Source of the DNA: a virus | DNA: 46,913 nt | Virus genome (UHGV): UHGV-0202034 | Reading direction: 5' to 3' (one strand) | In this document: in pieces, positions 44,589 to 46,913 of the stretch | Position numbering within the stretch: the stretch's first letter is position 1 | Layout: every line of letters starts with the position of its first letter | Position numbers and translations under genes: made by a program | The notes under the pieces: model-generated | Databases searched by the model: none | Told to the model about the DNA's origin: nothing | Seen by the model: only the letters and a program-made list of their open reading frames with translations

Positions 44589-45529
44589 GATTCTTCCTCC
44601 TGTTTCATTTCTGTAATTTTGAATGGCCGGGCCTGCACCGTTTTATAGAACGGCGTCAAATCGATATCCGGGTATGCCTCTTTAAAGACTTTGGGCTGGA
44701 ACGTCTGCCGGTTTTGCTGCTTCCAGGAGACGTTGTAACCGTTGCAGGCGGCCCGCTCTGCCGTGCCCATGTCGAGCTTGATTGTGTTTTCAATCTCGCG
44801 GCTGCGCTCCGCCAGTGCCGCCGCCTGACGCTTGATCTGCATATACTCGGAAAGCAGCTGTTCACGCCCGAACAAATCAAGCTGTTCGCCGTTGCTATCG
44901 GCATAAACCGTGCTGATCGCGTCCGTCGTCGCCTCCGAGCCGTCCGGTGCAGGCGGGGTGTCTTCCTCGACGCACCGCCAGAAAAGCTTCTCCGCCTCCA
45001 TCAGCGCGGAGATTTCCGCCTCGTCGCGCTCGAGCGTGTATGTAAAGAATCCGCGCCCGAATACGAGAACCGCCAAATACCAACGGTCAAGGCCAGTGAC
45101 AGCCAGATAGTGCACGCACTGGCAATAATATTTCTCTGGGAAATCCACGCCGTTGAACTGCCGAATGTCAAGCGTCGAGGTTGTCTTGCATTCCAGCCCT
45201 GCATTTTCGCTGGAAATTCGCCTGTCAATGTCTGCGTGCGCCCACGGATACGCGGGGTTCCGAATGATGTAGTTGCAGCGCCGCACCTTTTTCCCAGACG
45301 CTTCTTCAAAACGCTTCGCAACATACTCCTCGAGATCTCGGCCGATCCGCATAGCCTCTGTGTCTTCCTTTTCCGGAAGACGCCCAGTCTTGTCCATCCA
45401 TACCGTGTACGGGCTTGCAAAGCGGCTCATGCCGATAACAGCTGCCGCGTCACTCCCTCCGATGGACTTTCTGCGTTCCTCAAGCCATTCTTCGCGGCTC
45501 ATCTTCACAGTGGAGATTGTATCAAGCAT
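44585..45529 (-). CDS. YqaJ-like viral recombinase exonuclease
   Basis: WLEERRKSIGGSD, LECKT, QCVHY. Confidence 0.9.
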   Translation of the reverse strand: MLDTISTVKMSREEWLEERRKSIGGSDAAAVIGMSRFASPYTVWMDKTGRLPEKEDTEAMRIGRDLEEYVAKRFEEASGKKVRRCNYIIRNPAYPWAHADIDRRISSENAGLECKTTSTLDIRQFNGVDFPEKYYCQCVHYLAVTGLDRWYLAVLVFGRGFFTYTLERDEAEISALMEAEKLFWRCVEEDTPPAPDGSEATTDAISTVYADSNGEQLDLFGREQLLSEYMQIKRQAAALAERSREIENTIKLDMGTAERAACNGYNVSWKQQNRQTFQPKVFKEAYPDIDLTPFYKTVQARPFKITEMKQEEES

Positions 45530-46399
45530 TTACTCTACCTCCACAAATTCGCCGCTTTTCAGCTGGTACCATGTTCCAGCCTTGATCTTTTCTCCATCGA
45601 CAATGGCTGCCTTTACAGCGATGATCGGATACGTCTCTCCGTCCCATTCGCCTCGCTCGACGCAGCAGATTGCGCAGCCAAGCGCGCCCATTGCTTTACA
45701 TTCGAGGCCGGCCGCGAGCGCCACACCGGCTTTCCCTGTGGCGGAGGCTGCGCCCTGATAGCCTGTGGCGGAGGCTGCGCCCTGATAGCCTGTGGCGGAG
45801 GCTGCGCCCAGATCGCCTGTGGCGGAGGCTGCGCCCCGATTGCCTGTGGCGGAGGCTGCGCCCTGATAGCCTGTGGCGGAGGCTGCGCCCTGATTGCCTG
45901 TGGCGGAGGCTGCGCCCAGATAGCCTGTGGCGGAGGCTGCGCCCTGATTGCCTGTGGCGGAGGCTGCGCCCCGATTGCCTGTGGCGGAGGCTGCGCCCTG
46001 ATCGCCTGTGGCGGAGGCTGCGCCCTGATCGCCTGTGGCATGATTCTCTTTTTCGGCGTTTGCGCGCTTGATCGCATCGTCAAATCCGATTTGGTTCTTG
46101 ATATATTCGATCTGCGCTTTCACGAGGCCGGGAACGCCAATCTCAGCTTTCAACGTCATTTTTTTCGCGACGATTTTGCTGTCATCCGGTTCACGCTCGT
46201 CAGTTACTTCTTCGGCATCTGCTTCAAAATATCGGCTTTCGTTCGGTGCATAGTGGTTCAGCACATCAATCGGTTGTTCGCACGCGTGCAGGCCAGCCTC
46301 GCAAAGATGCGGCTCTCCATCAAAAACGGCGGTTTCGCCGAGTTTGTATTGAAACCCGCGGCACTTCATATCCTTATTCGTGCCTTTATAAACTTTCAT
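45530..46399 (-). CDS. hypothetical protein with 9 aa tandem repeats
   Basis: [21 protein letters not shown]; 11 x ATGxxGAAS. Confidence 0.75.
   Translation of the reverse strand: MKVYKGTNKDMKCRGFQYKLGETAVFDGEPHLCEAGLHACEQPIDVLNHYAPNESRYFEADAEEVTDEREPDDSKIVAKKMTLKAEIGVPGLVKAQIEYIKNQIGFDDAIKRANAEKENHATGDQGAASATGDQGAASATGNRGAASATGNQGAASATGYLGAASATGNQGAASATGYQGAASATGNRGAASATGDLGAASATGYQGAASATGYQGAASATGKAGVALAAGLECKAMGALGCAICCVERGEWDGETYPIIAVKAAIVDGEKIKAGTWYQLKSGEFVEVE
45735..46040. repeat. 27 bp tandem repeat, about 11 copies
   Basis: unit GCCTGTGGCGGAGGCTGCGCCCNGATN. Confidence 0.95.
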
Positions 46400-46532
46400 G
46401 TTGATCCTCCTGTTTCATCTTTCCCACCAGCCACAGCGGCGGGAATAAATAGCGATCTTCGTCCTCCGGCTCGTCCGGCTCATACTCCGGCTCCGGAATG
46501 CTCAAGTACAGATTTTCGCCATCATACGCCAT
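46386..46532 (-). CDS. small acidic hypothetical protein (48 aa)
   Basis: [26 protein letters not shown]; read directly. Confidence 0.5.
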   Translation of the reverse strand: MAYDGENLYLSIPEPEYEPDEPEDEDRYLFPPLWLVGKMKQEDQHESL

Positions 46533-46863
46533 TCCGGCTCACCTCCTGGCGGATCAGCGCTTCACAGAAGCTCTGAACCGTGGAATAGCCCAGCTTTTTC
46601 AGAAGCCTGTCCAGCTTCTTAGCCTGATCGTCCGTCAGGCGGAAGTAATACCGGTTCGTCTTCTTCCGGCGATCTGCGCGGTTCTTGGGCGCGTCCAGCG
46701 CCTTGATCGCCGCGGCTGCCTCCGGAACAAGCTGTACGCCGTATTTCTCCGGTGCTTCGCACTGAGAAAGCAGGCATTTGTTGAACTTCGGGTAGTCGGC
46801 CCGAACCGCCTCGACACAGGCCTTTGCGCCGTGCCGGACGCGTAAATCCGTTAAACTTGACAT
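46522..46863 (-). CDS. hypothetical protein with possible ribbon-helix-helix C-terminus
   Basis: RYYFRLTDDQAKKLD; GAAAGGA RBS. Confidence 0.6.
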   Translation of the reverse strand: MSSLTDLRVRHGAKACVEAVRADYPKFNKCLLSQCEAPEKYGVQLVPEAAAAIKALDAPKNRADRRKKTNRYYFRLTDDQAKKLDRLLKKLGYSTVQSFCEALIRQEVSRNGV

Positions 46864-46913
46864 AGGTTCCTTTCTGCCCTATAATAAAGGCGTCTTAAGT
46901 TTCCTTTCGGCCT

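Noticed and set aside
45735..46040. CRISPR array
   Set aside because: Units are contiguous with no spacers and are in frame within a protein.
44714..46576. 620 aa plus-strand ORF with IACGGGCA repeats
   Set aside because: Antisense shadow of the yqaJ and repeat-protein genes.

Overview
The window appears to be a complete, circularly permuted temperate siphophage genome of about 46.9 kb. Its ends join into one hairpin, and the integrase is followed by an intact attP carrying the 3' half of tRNA-Ser(GCU). Gene content suggests a gut Clostridia host, possibly Oscillospiraceae-like (inference). Most genes are on the minus strand: early/replication (YqaJ, RecT, SSB, initiator, split C5 methylase, PAPS reductase-like, ASCH, RuvC-like), packaging, head, tail, lysis and a post-lysis accessory operon. 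The immunity/integration genes and two morons are on the plus strand. The most notable unexplained features are: (1) a DUF4417-like gene flanked by three unrelated proteins that all start MGGRG, with a tRNA-like element, between portal and minor capsid; (2) a post-lysis operon with an HTH gene and phased operator repeats, a Cys-His-Asp peptidase-like gene, a Gly-rich hydrophobic coiled-coil protein and a beta-sandwich protein; (3) an inverted-repeat-flanked structured RNA/short ORF cassette between cI and cro; (4) a C5 methylase with a second subunit nested in another frame; (5) a DGR-type variable region with no RT or template repeat. All family names come from motif recognition, not database searches.
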